Counted from the first letter of the stretch, positions 1 to 11,082 are shown. The stretch: 64,000 bases of DNA from an uncultured bacterium (GCA_963801165.1 CAWDDT010000009.1:1-64000), one strand, 5' to 3'. Program-made: numbers and translations. The notes: generated from the sequence alone by a model not told the origin.

Positions 1-374
1 TGGACATCACTGCTGGTGAGTACGGCTATGACCTGCCGTATTTCCGTGACATGCTTGCTGCAGGTGCCGTCGACTGTCTTCAAGCTGACGTGACTCGATG
101 TGGTGGTATCACGGCGTTCTTGCGCGTGGCTGCACTCGCAGATGCCGAGTGTATCGATGTGTCCTCCCACTGTGCGCCTCAGGTAAGTGCGCATGCCTGT
201 GCGGGTGTATGGCATCTACGTCACCTCGAGTACTTCGCCGACCACATCCGACTCGAATCCATGCTCTTCGACGGGGTTCTCGAGCCAATCAACGGCACGC
301 TCCACCCAGATGCCCACCGGCCTGGTCTCGGCATCGAGTTCAAGCGATCCGACGCCGAACGTTTCCGACAATGA
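1..374 (+). CDS. Mandelate racemase/muconate lactonizing (enolase superfamily) protein, C-terminal part (5' truncated by window)
   Basis: Frame reads DITAGEYGYDLPYF...LQADVTRCGGIT...SSHCAP...HLEYFADH...PGLGIE, typical MR/MLE C-terminal motifs. Confidence 0.85.
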   Translation, partial: DITAGEYGYDLPYFRDMLAAGAVDCLQADVTRCGGITAFLRVAALADAECIDVSSHCAPQVSAHACAGVWHLRHLEYFADHIRLESMLFDGVLEPINGTLHPDAHRPGLGIEFKRSDAERFRQ

Positions 375-416
375 CGTTGAGCCAAACGGACCTCGAATCT
401 TCGGAAAGGATCACCC

Positions 417-3400
417 ATGGCGAGCACTGAGAATCTGCCGAGAACCTACACGGGACTCGACACGGTCACGCCCGTGTCGATATCTGGTCCTCTCGACGAA
501 AGTACACACTCCCTCATCCAAACGCTTCACGACACGGTTGAAGGTGAGGTGCGCTTCGACAGCGCTAGCAGGGCAACATACTCAACCGATTCTTCGAATT
601 ATCGGCAGGTACCGATCGGTGTCGTCGTTCCGAAGTCCATTGATGACGTGCTCGCAACCGTTGCCGCATGCCGCAGTCATGGCGTGCCGATTACTAGCCG
701 CGGCGGGGGTACCAGTCTCGCCGGGCAGTGCACGAATGTTGCCGTGATCATCGACTTCTCGAAATATCTGAACAACGTCATATCGATTGATCCCGACGCA
801 AAAACCGCAGTGATCGAACCGGGCTGCAACCTCGACGATCTACGAAGGGCGGCAAAGGAATACGGGCTCACGTTCGGACCCGACCCTGCCACCCACAGCC
901 GCAACACGCTGGGCGGCATGATCGGCAACAATTCGTGCGGGGTGCATTCAGTGATGGCCGAGTTCTATGGACCGGGCCCATTGACCGTTGACCAGGTACT
1001 CGAACTCGATATCGTCACGTATCGCGGCGATCGCATGACCGTCTCAGCGGTCAACGACGCCGACTTCGCTGAGATCGTCAAAGGAGGCGATCGCAAGGCG
1101 GAGATCTATCAGGCGCTGCGCGATCTTCGTGATCGGCACGAGGAAGCCATTCTCACCCGGTTTCCCGGCCTTCCTCGCCGCGTGTCGGGTTTCAACCTCG
1201 ATCGGCTCCTGGCGGAGAACGAATTCGATGTCGCCAAGGCCCTCGTTGGCACCGAAGGTACCTGCGTCACCATTCTGCACGCAACGGTCCGTCTGATGGA
1301 AGCGAAGCCGGAGCGGACACTCGTCGTGCTCGGGTATCCCGATGCCTACAGCGCGGGTGACCACGTACCAATGGTGCGCGAGCACCACCCGGTCGGGCTC
1401 GAGGGGATCGACGCCGAACTGGTCGGCTACATGAAGAAGAAAGGTCTGCATCCCGATGACGTCGACCTGCTCCCCGACGGGGACGGGTTCCTGCTCGTCG
1501 AGTTCGGTGCCGACACCAAGCAGGAATCCGACCGTCAGGCCAGAGCTCTCATCGACGCGGTGGAGGACACTGACAATCCACCATCCACCAAGCTGTTCAC
1601 GGACGCATGGGAGGAACAGAAACTGTGGCAGGTTCGCGAATCAGGACTCGGTGCCACAGCCAATGTGCCCGGAATGCGGCAAACCCATCCTGGGTGGGAA
1701 GATGCCGCAGTTCCTCCCGACTGTGTCGGTGACTACCTACGGGACTTCCGAGACCTGCTCGACGAATTCGGCTATCACGCGGCGCTCTATGGCCACTTCG
1801 GTCAAGGGTGTATCCATTGTCGCATCGACTTCATCCTCGACACCGAGCACGGTGTCCGACAGTGGCGAAAGTTCCTCGACCGTGCAGCCGACCTTGTCGT
1901 CAGTTACGGCGGATCGCTGTCGGGTGAGCACGGCGATGGACAGGCTCGCGCGGCTCTCCTCACCAAGATGTACGGTGATGACCTGGTCGCGGCGTTCGCG
2001 GAGTTCAAGGACATTTGGGACCCGGACGACAAAATGAACCCCGGCAAGGTCGTGCGCCCGAACCAACCAGACGACGCCCTGCGCATGGGCCCAGACGCCC
2101 GCCGCCGTCGCGTCGACACCCATTTTTCGTTCCCAGACGACGACTTCGATTTCGGTCACGCGGTGTCGCGCTGTGTCGGGGTCGGCCTCTGCCGCGACGT
2201 CGAGAGTGGCACGATGTGCCCGAGCTACATGGCGACACGCGAAGAAGAGGATTCGACGCGTGGCCGATCACGACTGCTGTTTGAGATGCTGCGCGGGGAC
2301 GAACTCGACGGATGGCGAGACGATGGCATTGCGGAAGCCCTTGATCTGTGTCTGGCGTGCAAGGCATGCAAGAACGAATGCCCGGTGAACGTGGACATGG
2401 CCACTTACAAGGCTGAGTTCCTGTCGCACCACTACAAGCGACGCATTCGACCCCGCGCCGACTATGCAATAACACTCATCTACTGGTGGGCACGGCTCAC
2501 CCACCGGTTCGCTCGTTTCGTCAACTTCGTCACGCACGCGCCGCTGCTGTCAAGTCTGGTCAAGAAGCTAGGTGGCGTCGCCCGGCAACGAACTATCCCA
2601 CGGTTTGCGACCGAGACATTCACCCAATGGTTCGACAATCGACCCGGGACCCAGCCGACGGAGGCGTTCGATCGACCGCACCACGACGGCGAACCAGTGA
2701 TCACGTATGCCGACGTCGGACGCTTCGCGCACGAGACCTACTCCACCCCGTCGATGCAACGTCAGACAAACACGAATCGCCTCAATCCGCATGGTCAGGA
2801 AGCTCCCTTTGAGACCAACCGTGTCCTGCTGTGGCCGGACACGTTCAACAACTACCTCGAATCGTCGGTCCTGCAAGCTGCGGTCGAGGTGATAGAGGAC
2901 GCTGGATACATCGTGGAGATCCCGCCACGGCCCCTGTGTTGTGGACGTCCACTGTATGACACCGGGATGCTCGATACTGCTTCACGACTGTGGAAGCAAA
3001 TAATCAGCACGTTGCGACCGTGGATCCGTGCCGGTATTCCGATCGTAGGTCTGGAGCCGAGTTGTGTCGCTGCGTTCCGCGATGAACTGATCAACCTTTT
3101 CCCAAACGACGACGACGCGCAGCGCTTGTCGTCGCAGACCTTGCTCCTGTCGGAGTTCTTGGAACGTCAACGCTATGAGCCGCCGAAGCTAAAGACTCGA
3201 GCGATTGTTCATCCGCACTGCCATCAAGATTCAGTGATAGGGATGGACGCTGAGGTTGCTGTGTTGAAGCGGTTGGGTGTCGAATACGAAGTACTTGATT
3301 CGGGTTGCTGTGGCATGGCCGGATCATTCGGGTTCAATGCCAGCCACTACGAGGTCTCGATGCGAGTTGGCGAGCGGGTCCTCCTGCCACGCGTCCGCGA

Positions 3401-3551
3401 TCTTGACGTCGACACTGAGGTCGTCACCGATGGATTCAGTTGCCGCGAGCAGATCATGCAGAGCACCGACCGGACACCCGTTCATCTTGCCGAACTGCTC
3501 CAACGGGCGATTCACCAACGCGACGCCGAGTTGGATGCGGATTTATCCTGA
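417..3551 (+). CDS. FAD-binding and Fe-S-binding oxidoreductase (GlcD/GlcF fusion, YdiJ-like)
   Basis: 1044 aa; RGGGTSLAGQ FAD motif, SGEHGDG, CVGVGLC and CLACKAC..ECP Fe-S motifs, two CCG motifs. Confidence 0.92.
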   Translation: MASTENLPRTYTGLDTVTPVSISGPLDESTHSLIQTLHDTVEGEVRFDSASRATYSTDSSNYRQVPIGVVVPKSIDDVLATVAACRSHGVPITSRGGGTSLAGQCTNVAVIIDFSKYLNNVISIDPDAKTAVIEPGCNLDDLRRAAKEYGLTFGPDPATHSRNTLGGMIGNNSCGVHSVMAEFYGPGPLTVDQVLELDIVTYRGDRMTVSAVNDADFAEIVKGGDRKAEIYQALRDLRDRHEEAILTRFPGLPRRVSGFNLDRLLAENEFDVAKALVGTEGTCVTILHATVRLMEAKPERTLVVLGYPDAYSAGDHVPMVREHHPVGLEGIDAELVGYMKKKGLHPDDVDLLPDGDGFLLVEFGADTKQESDRQARALIDAVEDTDNPPSTKLFTDAWEEQKLWQVRESGLGATANVPGMRQTHPGWEDAAVPPDCVGDYLRDFRDLLDEFGYHAALYGHFGQGCIHCRIDFILDTEHGVRQWRKFLDRAADLVVSYGGSLSGEHGDGQARAALLTKMYGDDLVAAFAEFKDIWDPDDKMNPGKVVRPNQPDDALRMGPDARRRRVDTHFSFPDDDFDFGHAVSRCVGVGLCRDVESGTMCPSYMATREEEDSTRGRSRLLFEMLRGDELDGWRDDGIAEALDLCLACKACKNECPVNVDMATYKAEFLSHHYKRRIRPRADYAITLIYWWARLTHRFARFVNFVTHAPLLSSLVKKLGGVARQRTIPRFATETFTQWFDNRPGTQPTEAFDRPHHDGEPVITYADVGRFAHETYSTPSMQRQTNTNRLNPHGQEAPFETNRVLLWPDTFNNYLESSVLQAAVEVIEDAGYIVEIPPRPLCCGRPLYDTGMLDTASRLWKQIISTLRPWIRAGIPIVGLEPSCVAAFRDELINLFPNDDDAQRLSSQTLLLSEFLERQRYEPPKLKTRAIVHPHCHQDSVIGMDAEVAVLKRLGVEYEVLDSGCCGMAGSFGFNASHYEVSMRVGERVLLPRVRDLDVDTEVVTDGFSCREQIMQSTDRTPVHLAELLQRAIHQRDAELDADLS

Positions 3552-3588
3552 TGCGCCGGCGACGACCTCCGCATCGTAAATCGAGGCA

Positions 3589-5424
3589 GTGATGAACCAG
3601 GATCGATACTTGCCAATCAGGAACTACGCATTCCTCTCGGACTGCAAATCGACGGCGCTTGTGAGTTCGGAGGGCTCCATCGACTGGGCGTGTCTCCGAC
3701 GATTCGATTCGGGGAGTACGTTCGGGCGGCTGCTGGACGCAGATAGAGGTGGCTACTTCTCAATCCGTCCCGTTGGCGAGATCACCGGGGTGACGCGCCG
3801 ATACCTGTCTGACACCTTGGTGCTCGAGACCACTATGACAACGCAAAGCGGCTCCATCAGATGCACCGACGCGCTTGCGATGTCACACGGTGGTGCCCAG
3901 GTTGCCAACACTGAGCTGCTTCGTCGAGTCGAATGCATTGACGGTTCAGTTGAGATTGAGATCGTCATCGCACCCAGATTCGATTATGGGGCGACCCGAC
4001 CGTGGCTACGACATCATGGCGACGGCCGTTACACGGCCGTCGGAGGCGACGAGGCCGTGATCATCCACAGCACTGTCGATTTTGACCTTGATCGTGAGCG
4101 TGGCCATTTTGCGAATCGAATGGCACTTGACCAGGGCGGGCCATGCGATGTCACCCTCTTTTCTTCTCCTGCGCACCTTGTGGACACCAGTGACGTTGAT
4201 GTAGCCAAACTCGGGGAACTGCTTGAGGAGACGATCTCGTGGTGGAAGGACTGGTCGTCCGATACCGATGTGGATGGGGACCATGCCGAGTTGCTGAACC
4301 GGTCGGCAATGGTGCTCAAGGGTCTCACGTGCGCACCGACTGGAGCTGTGGTGGCAGCAGCTACGACGTCTCTGCCCGAGGTCCCCGGTGGGGAGGCCAA
4401 TTGGGATTATCGCTATAGCTGGGTACGCGACTCCAGTGTTGCCCTCGTGTCACTCGCCCAGGTGGGCCACCCCGAGGTCGCGCAAGGCTTTCGCGACTTT
4501 GTCATGCGTTCGTCTGCCGGTAGTGGGAACGAGCTCCAGATCATGTATGGCCCATACGGAGAACGAAGCCTTCCCGAACGTGAGCTCGACTTGGAGGGCT
4601 GGCGTGGTTCAGCACCGGTGCGCGTCGGCAACGCCGCAGCAACCCAGACCCAACTCGACGTGTATGGACACCTCCTCGAGACCGCACACCTCTGGCACAC
4701 GCGAGGAGGCACGATTGACAACGACGAGTGGACTTTCTTGTCGTCGGTCGTCAACCAAGCCGCAGCGCGTCGGGGCGAACCTGACTCGGGCATGTGGGAA
4801 ATGCGTGGACCGCAACGTCACCATGTCCACTCGAAGGTGATGATATGGCTGGCCCTCGACCGCGGGATCAGTCTGGTCGAGACCCACGGGTTCGATGACG
4901 GCACATCGGAAGGCTGGCGTGAGAAACGCGACGAGGTCCGACACGAAATCGAAACCCGCGGTGTTGATCCCGATCACGGAAACTTTGTGCAGTACTACGG
5001 CACCACAGCAGTCGACGCGAGTCTTTTGCGGTTACCTCTCGTCGGGTTTGTCGATGCCAACGACGAAAGGATGCGTACAACCACCGACGCAATCATGAAT
5101 CAACTCGGTGTCGCCCCACATGGATTCCTACGCCGCTACCAACGCGATCCGGATAGTGACGAGGACGAAGGAGTGTTCCTTCTGTGCTCGTTCTGGCTCG
5201 TCGAGGTTCTCGCTCTTCAAGGAAGGATCAAGGAGGCAAACGACCTCTTCCTCGCGCTCACCGACGTCGGCAATGATCTGGGTTTGTTCTCGGAGGAGTA
5301 TGACGTCGCCAACCGCGAACTGTTGGGCAACTTTCCACAGGCCTTCACTCATCTTGGCCTTATCGCAGCCGAGAAACGCCTCCGAGAAGTCGCAGCGTCC
5401 CGACCTATGGATACATCACGCTGA
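3589..5424 (+). CDS. Glycoside hydrolase family 15 (glucoamylase/trehalase-like)
   Basis: TTSLPE, NWDYRYSWVRD, GMWEMRG, FLLCSFW, LFSEEYD, LGNFPQAFTH motifs. Confidence 0.95.
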   Translation: MMNQDRYLPIRNYAFLSDCKSTALVSSEGSIDWACLRRFDSGSTFGRLLDADRGGYFSIRPVGEITGVTRRYLSDTLVLETTMTTQSGSIRCTDALAMSHGGAQVANTELLRRVECIDGSVEIEIVIAPRFDYGATRPWLRHHGDGRYTAVGGDEAVIIHSTVDFDLDRERGHFANRMALDQGGPCDVTLFSSPAHLVDTSDVDVAKLGELLEETISWWKDWSSDTDVDGDHAELLNRSAMVLKGLTCAPTGAVVAAATTSLPEVPGGEANWDYRYSWVRDSSVALVSLAQVGHPEVAQGFRDFVMRSSAGSGNELQIMYGPYGERSLPERELDLEGWRGSAPVRVGNAAATQTQLDVYGHLLETAHLWHTRGGTIDNDEWTFLSSVVNQAAARRGEPDSGMWEMRGPQRHHVHSKVMIWLALDRGISLVETHGFDDGTSEGWREKRDEVRHEIETRGVDPDHGNFVQYYGTTAVDASLLRLPLVGFVDANDERMRTTTDAIMNQLGVAPHGFLRRYQRDPDSDEDEGVFLLCSFWLVEVLALQGRIKEANDLFLALTDVGNDLGLFSEEYDVANRELLGNFPQAFTHLGLIAAEKRLREVAASRPMDTSR

Positions 5425-5535
5425 GAGCGTGGCTCTCGCCTTCGGGATGTTCGTTGAGTGTCGGTCCGATCCCCGATCTGGTCGCCACCGGGCTCGGACG
5501 ACTCTCAGGGCCGAGCCGATGGGCTCTCGGTATTG

Positions 5536-5583
5536 CGACATCATGCGCCCGTAGCTCAATTGGATAGAGCGTCTCACTACGGA
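5536..5583 (+). repeat. 5'-half copy of tRNA-Arg(ACG) plus 9 nt of leader (att-like duplication)
   Basis: 47/48 identical to 8536-8583; ends exactly after anticodon loop CTACGGA; one change in anticodon stem (5575). Confidence 0.92.
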
Positions 5584-5735
5584 GTATCCAGCACTGAGCG
5601 CTGGGCTAACCCCCGAAGACATTGGGTCAGCGACGAGCGCAACAACCAGAATCAGACGCTGTGCCCCTCTGGGGTCCGCCACGGCAGGTGAGAGCGTCCT
5701 GCAAAGGCCCGGCCTTCTTGAGTCGTTTCCCGCAT

Positions 5736-6179
5736 TCAGGTTCCGTGAGCGATTGTTGCGGTGCGCTCGATCCTGATCAGCATCGCGGCCGATGGTGTGA
5801 CCTTGCCATTCAGGTAGGTGCTCAGTCGTGACCCGCTGGTTCCCACCAGCTGGGCAAACTCGGCGTTGGTGAGCCCGGAACGGTCGACAGCGTCCCGTAC
5901 CCGGGCCGCTACCGCGGCTCGGTCAACTCGATCGGCATGGGCTCGGGCATGTTCCACTGCCAATGCGAACAGCGTGCTGGTTGCATCGGGCTCCCGGTAC
6001 GACAGGTAACGTTCGACGCGCCGTGCGATCCGGCCCCATGGAGAGCGACGAAGCTCAGCGAATATGGGCTGCCAATCCGGGACGAGACCGCGGTCGATCA
6101 CAGCGACCAAGGCCTCATACGGCCAGGTACGGACATCGTCCGCCGGCGAGGCCTCGACGTTGCGGAATGCGACAGGCAT
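5736..6179 (-). CDS. XRE-family HTH protein, putative antitoxin/regulator
   Basis: C-terminal SGLTNAEFAQLVGTSGSRLSTYLNGKVTPS HTH; ATG overlaps stop codon of upstream NTase gene. Confidence 0.8.
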   Translation of the reverse strand: MPVAFRNVEASPADDVRTWPYEALVAVIDRGLVPDWQPIFAELRRSPWGRIARRVERYLSYREPDATSTLFALAVEHARAHADRVDRAAVAARVRDAVDRSGLTNAEFAQLVGTSGSRLSTYLNGKVTPSAAMLIRIERTATIAHGT

Positions 6180-6868
6180 CAGCCCACACCTCCGAGGCGA
6201 AGCGCAAGCATGCGGCACACATCGACAATGTCATTCCAACGGTGATAGCGTTTGTCCAGCGCCTTGTAGCGGGGCAGCTCGTCAATGACATCGGTGTCGC
6301 GTGGCTTGGGGTCGGCCAATGCGAGAACGAGCGATGTCAGTACCGACCCCCATTCTTCGGATCGGTCGTCATAGTACGAATCGATGTCGGACAGGATCGC
6401 AACCGCTGCCTCGTGTCCGATGTGGTCGGCCAAAGCAACAACGTCGAGGTAATCACGGACCACATTTCGTTGTACCACCAGGAATGCCTTGACCCGAAGC
6501 GACTCCGCCGCGGTCGGCGCAACCACCTTTGCGTCCTTGCCCACATCGACCTCGAGGGTTTCCAACGGGCGGGTCCGGCGCATCTGTCGCAAACCGGCCT
6601 CGACACCACCAAGGCGACCCATGATGGTGAACGGCGGCCTTGAAGCTCGAACGGAGGTGGCCCAGCCGTCCGCGGCCTCCACCGCTTCTAATACCACCTC
6701 GTAGCGATCAACCAGGTCGGAGAGCACGTGGTCATGATCAAACGAGTCCCGATGACCGGCGTGAAGAGCAGCAGCCGAGCCCCCGACGAGCACGGCGTCG
6801 GGCACTACCTCCTGCAACCGCGCCGCGGAGGCAAGAACCCGCTGCAACACCGGACTGAACTCTGCCAT
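6179..6868 (-). CDS. AbiEii/AbiGii-type nucleotidyltransferase, putative toxin
   Basis: LVGGSAAALHAGHRDSFDHD matches the GG..A..HR.S.D.D motif; later K...R...RDYLD motif; start at MAEFSP. Confidence 0.75.
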   Translation of the reverse strand: MAEFSPVLQRVLASAARLQEVVPDAVLVGGSAAALHAGHRDSFDHDHVLSDLVDRYEVVLEAVEAADGWATSVRASRPPFTIMGRLGGVEAGLRQMRRTRPLETLEVDVGKDAKVVAPTAAESLRVKAFLVVQRNVVRDYLDVVALADHIGHEAAVAILSDIDSYYDDRSEEWGSVLTSLVLALADPKPRDTDVIDELPRYKALDKRYHRWNDIVDVCRMLALRLGGVG

Positions 6869-7246
6869 GTCCTGATCATATCCGATAAGCCTAGGTGAAT
6901 CAACGCCGGTTTGTGCGTGGCGAGTCCACGGATCGGTCTCCGACCTGGGGCGGGTGTGTTCCGGTCGGCTGCTGTTCGGACAAGGAGACGGCACGCTGTA
7001 GAAGCGCTGTGCCTCTGGAGCGAGCAACGCGAATCAGATGCTGAATTCGCACTTACCACGGCACCGACAGCTTCACCTTCATCGCTACCGACGGGGGTGG
7101 CGGACTCCAACACGGCGACCGCGACGATTACGGTGCTCGAGACGCGGAAGTCCGCAGCATCAATCGAGGTCTTGGTCGCCTCGTTGAAGTTTACGAGGAT
7201 CGTCACCCGCCCGAAGTCGTCGATGAGAGGTTAGACCTCGTCTCGG

Positions 7247-7954
7247 TCACACGTCCGCTGCTGGAGTCGAGTCGCCGGACCGCCGTGCCCGACGAGATCG
7301 TGCCCTCTCTGCCCAATCCCGCCAGGAGCCGGGGACGTCGGGGATGGCGAGTATCCGTGCGATCAGGTCATCTCCCGGTCGAGGGAGTGCTTCTCCGAGA
7401 TCGGTGACGGTGAGACCGTGCCCGGGACGGGCGAAGACCTCGATCGTGTCACCCGCCGCCACTGTGCCTTCCTCGACGATTCGGAGATAGGCGCCGTATC
7501 GCCGCGCCTGCTCAAACCTGTCGACAAAGGCGGCGTCGCCCATGCGGATTCCGAGCTTGTAGCACGGCATCCGGGGTTCGGTGACCTGAAGCACGGTGGT
7601 CCCGATCCGCCATCGCTCACCGATGACTGCACGGGTGAGATCGATGCCCGACACCGTCAGGTTCTCCCCAAACGTCCCTGGGTCGATGCCCGTACCCAAC
7701 TGTTGTGACCACCAGTCGTAGTCGCGGGTTGAGTAGGCGTAGATAGCTTTGTCCGGGCCGCCGTGGACCCTGCGGTCGGCCTGGTCGTCGCCATCGAGAT
7801 TGACGCCGGTTGCCGGGATACGGCCCGATACAGGATGCTTCCATATGGCGGTTTCCACCACACGCCCGGCCCAGTCGATGGTCTGCCGACCGCCCACATT
7901 GACCGATTCGATCCGGCCGCTGCTCTGTGAGGTGTCGATTCGGTCGCTGGTCAT
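7247..7954 (-). CDS. MOSC domain protein (YiiM-like)
   Basis: GDDQADRRVHGGPDKA, FGENLT, PRMPCYKL motifs. Confidence 0.93.
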   Translation of the reverse strand: MTSDRIDTSQSSGRIESVNVGGRQTIDWAGRVVETAIWKHPVSGRIPATGVNLDGDDQADRRVHGGPDKAIYAYSTRDYDWWSQQLGTGIDPGTFGENLTVSGIDLTRAVIGERWRIGTTVLQVTEPRMPCYKLGIRMGDAAFVDRFEQARRYGAYLRIVEEGTVAAGDTIEVFARPGHGLTVTDLGEALPRPGDDLIARILAIPDVPGSWRDWAERARSRRARRSGDSTPAADV

Positions 7955-8167
7955 CAGAGATCGTCAACACCCTGTTGCGGTGCGGTATTCCAGCCTGCCG
8001 GCGTTGGCCCGAGGACTCCAGGGCATGGTTGAGGGTCGTCGACCGCTTTCGCCGGGGGCTGCAAGAGCCGAGACACTCGCCTTTAGCTGATGACGGCGCG
8101 ACGAGCCTCTCACCAGATCTAACGCGGTCGCTTGGTTCCGCTCGAGGTGAGCGCTGAGCTGGCGTCA

Positions 8168-8310
8168 TCAGTGCTGGCGCCTGCCGTCGGTCCGGTAGAG
8201 ATTGCGAGCCCCGATGGCGACAGCCTGATGGAGATAACCACGGTGGTTCACCACGGCCCCCCAGCCTGGCGATCGGAGAGCCCGAAGCACCGCCGATGAG
8301 ACATCTACCC
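8168..8310 (-). pseudogene. Probable ECF sigma factor region-2 remnant
   Basis: DVSSAVLRALRSPGWGAVVNHRGYLHQAVAIGARNLYR resembles ECF region 2; no intact gene. Confidence 0.4.
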
Positions 8311-8544
8311 GTGCTCGGTGAACTGTTGTGGCTGTTAGCTGCGGCATCGAGTTCACGGAGTCAGACGCTGTATGAGCGCTGTGTTACACCGGTGGATGGG
8401 AGCCCTCCTTGGGTAGAAGCTCCGGGAAACGTTGACGGAGTGCCGTTTGGAGCGACCACTGCCGGATACAGCGCCTGATTCGAACTAGAATGCTCATTGT
8501 CGGCTTGGGTTCTCCAGAAACCCTTGCAATACTTACGACATCAT

Positions 8545-8618
<74 letters not shown>

Positions 8619-8623
8619 CTAGC

Positions 8624-8651
8624 GAAACCCCTGTGTCTTGCAGGGGGTTTC
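8624..8651 (+). terminator. Hairpin after tRNA (terminator-like, repeated after the main 3'-half copies)
   Basis: GAAACCCCTG..CAGGGGGTTTC followed by T-rich tract; homologous hairpins at 15327-15353 and ~18454-18481. Confidence 0.7.
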
Positions 8652-8817
8652 TGTTTGCCAGGATTTGGCTGGCGCTGCGACTCGGAGGACGTTTGGGAGC
8701 CATTCTCGGGAGCCATTCGACGGCAAACGCGCTCACCGCTGCCACCGGAGACTCTCGACGATGAGCCTCGGATCGCGTGGCAGGTCCCGTGGCAAACCCG
8801 GGGCTCCACCGCCGTAC

Positions 8818-9292
8818 TTAGGTCTCGGTAGGGGTGTCCGCTGTCGGCAAGAGGCGTACCGACCAAGCTCGCAAGCCCTCGTAGGCAAAACCGATGACAG
8901 CTTCAACTCGAGCGTTCTCATATCGCCCGCGGTATCGCCCCCGCTCGAGCGGGGACAAAGAAGGCGTCCAATCCAGCCTTCTCCAGCCGCAGTGTGCCAG
9001 CCTGGGGAGACCCGATCGACGCAATCCGTGCCGGAACCCACCTGAGGACTCTCGGCACATCGCTAGGTTGGTTGCGGTCCCAGTGAGGCAGATCGGTGTA
9101 GTGGACAATTGCTGCTAGTCCGTTGTCGTGACCGAGCCACTCGTAACTGAATTTTCGGTTTGAGAAGTCCGCTGCTCGCTCCCTGCACCGCTCTATCTTC
9201 CGACTCGCCTCCCGCCAAGCCGACTCCCTACCTGAGAACACCTGGAGCACCGCGATGATGTAGTCGTAATAGAGAGAATCGCGTGTCTGCAC
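8818..9292 (-). pseudogene. C-terminal remnant of a large STAND/TPR protein with SAMD9-like terminal OB-fold
   Basis: Two joined frames: ...SYEWLG...SPQAGTLRL...LDAFFVP then VEAVIGFAYEGLRAWSVR; N-terminal part absent. Confidence 0.5.
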
Positions 9293-9332
9293 CGTGGCGC
9301 GTTTCGTTGGCCTAGGCCGAACCGCTGGGCTG

Positions 9333-11082
9333 CTAGCGCGTTGAAGCGGATACGAGCAATCCCGTCAGCTTCGTTGACAGGGTGACGCTGCGCCTCTCGA
9401 ACCACTCAAGGAAGCCCGAAACCTCATCAGGCAACGGCGCGAGATCGTGCGTGTTCAGCCAGTGCTCCCGGCTGGATTCATTCAGATGCTCTCGCGCCCA
9501 TTGTGCTGGCATCATCTGGCCCTTCTCCTGATTCTGAATACCGTTCAAGAGCTGCAGGTTCGGGAGCGAGTCAACACATGCCCGGACGCGGCGATCTGGT
9601 CCTCCTCCAAGCCTGCGTTGCGGAGATTCGAGACACGCAGCTTCGCTCGTGGGAATACGTGATCAATGTGGAATTGCTGATTGACGGGTGTTCCGGGATA
9701 CAGAAGCGACAGGAGGAAGAAGGCCTTCGCGCTGCAGTGCTTGGTATCGAGCAACTCAGTCACCTCGTCTTGGCTGAACACGAGCGATTTGCGATTGCGC
9801 TGCAATTCGCTTTCTAGCTCGGCAAGCGGAAATCCTGTCTCGCTGGCGCTGTTGATAGAGTCTCGACTTGTCAGCAGAATGGAATCGACGGCCCCTGTCC
9901 ATATGCCGCCGCGGAGAAGTGAGCGGATTACCCACGATCTGATCTTGGCTCGGTCGGCAGCTTCGTGACTTGATGAAAGGTATCGATCATCCAGCTGGCG
10001 GCTCTTCAGGTAGTACGCGATTGGTAGCAGGACGTTCTCGGCCGTGATGGTCTTCTCGGAGAATCCGAGTTCAGCCAAGAGCTGAGTGGCAAGGAGGAGG
10101 TACTTCGAGACCTCGCCCCAGGCTCTCTCGATGATGCGCATGTTTGCCTGGTTGAAGTTGCGAGCCTTGAACTTGATGTCCGCCAAGTCCGCGAGAATCA
10201 AGGCTCCCTTTGAGGACCAGATCCTTGGAGAAGTTGAATCCCTGTCCAACTCCATTCATGCGGTCGACAAGTCCGTGAACTTCCTCTCGCACGTCGAGGC
10301 TCTCCCACCGTGATGTCGCGACGCTGAGGAGCAAATCCGAGTAGGAGAGGACTGTGCCGCCGGAGTTGGTGCGGATGAAAATATTCAATACCTTGTCAAG
10401 GTCATTCGAGGCCTCGAGGTAGTAGCTAATGGGCTGCTCTCGATGGATTACTTCATAGAGGCGGTCGAGAGTGTTGTACGAGATGTCGTCATCGGTTCGG
10501 TCTACGGATCGGACATAGGAGAAGATATCCCGATGGCCGTCGAAATCCAGGATTCTCCCCTACTCGGAACCAGTGCTGCCCCTGATCGTTAGCGTGACTC
10601 GACTTCGTTGTCGGTCAAGAACTCGAAGTAGTACTCGAGCTCCTGGCCCGGATCGTAGTTCAGTCGCGTTATGTCAAGATGCAAGCGCTTCTTGGGGTAT
10701 GCAGCGGGATTGTCGCGGCCACATCCGAGGTAGCTTCGCGGCGTACGTACCCTGAGCGCGATATTGAGGGCAGTGAGTCGTTGTTGACCATCGAGAACCG
10801 CACTGATTGGTCTCCCACCTGTGATATTCGCAGCGGGATTGTGCGGTTGCCTCTCGTGGTAGTCGGTCACGAAGTCGTAAGAACGCGTAATCGGCAACAT
10901 TCCGAGGCTCAACCTTCCAGAAGAGGAACGACCAGATTGGATAGCCGCGCATCAAGCTGTCGAACAGCTTCGTGATCTGATCGGGCTCCCATACGAACTC
11001 CCGTTGGATTGCCGGCAGAACGTACTCGCGTTGGTGAATACCAGCCAGTAGCTCCTGATCGTGAGTGGAGTCTGAATGGCAT
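9333..11082 (-). pseudogene. DUF262-DUF1524 (GmrSD/SspE-like) restriction protein, multiply frameshifted
   Basis: LPAIQREFVW, LDGQQRLT, IFIRTNSGG, HIDHVFP and NLQLL..N..K motifs spread over several frames. Confidence 0.85.
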
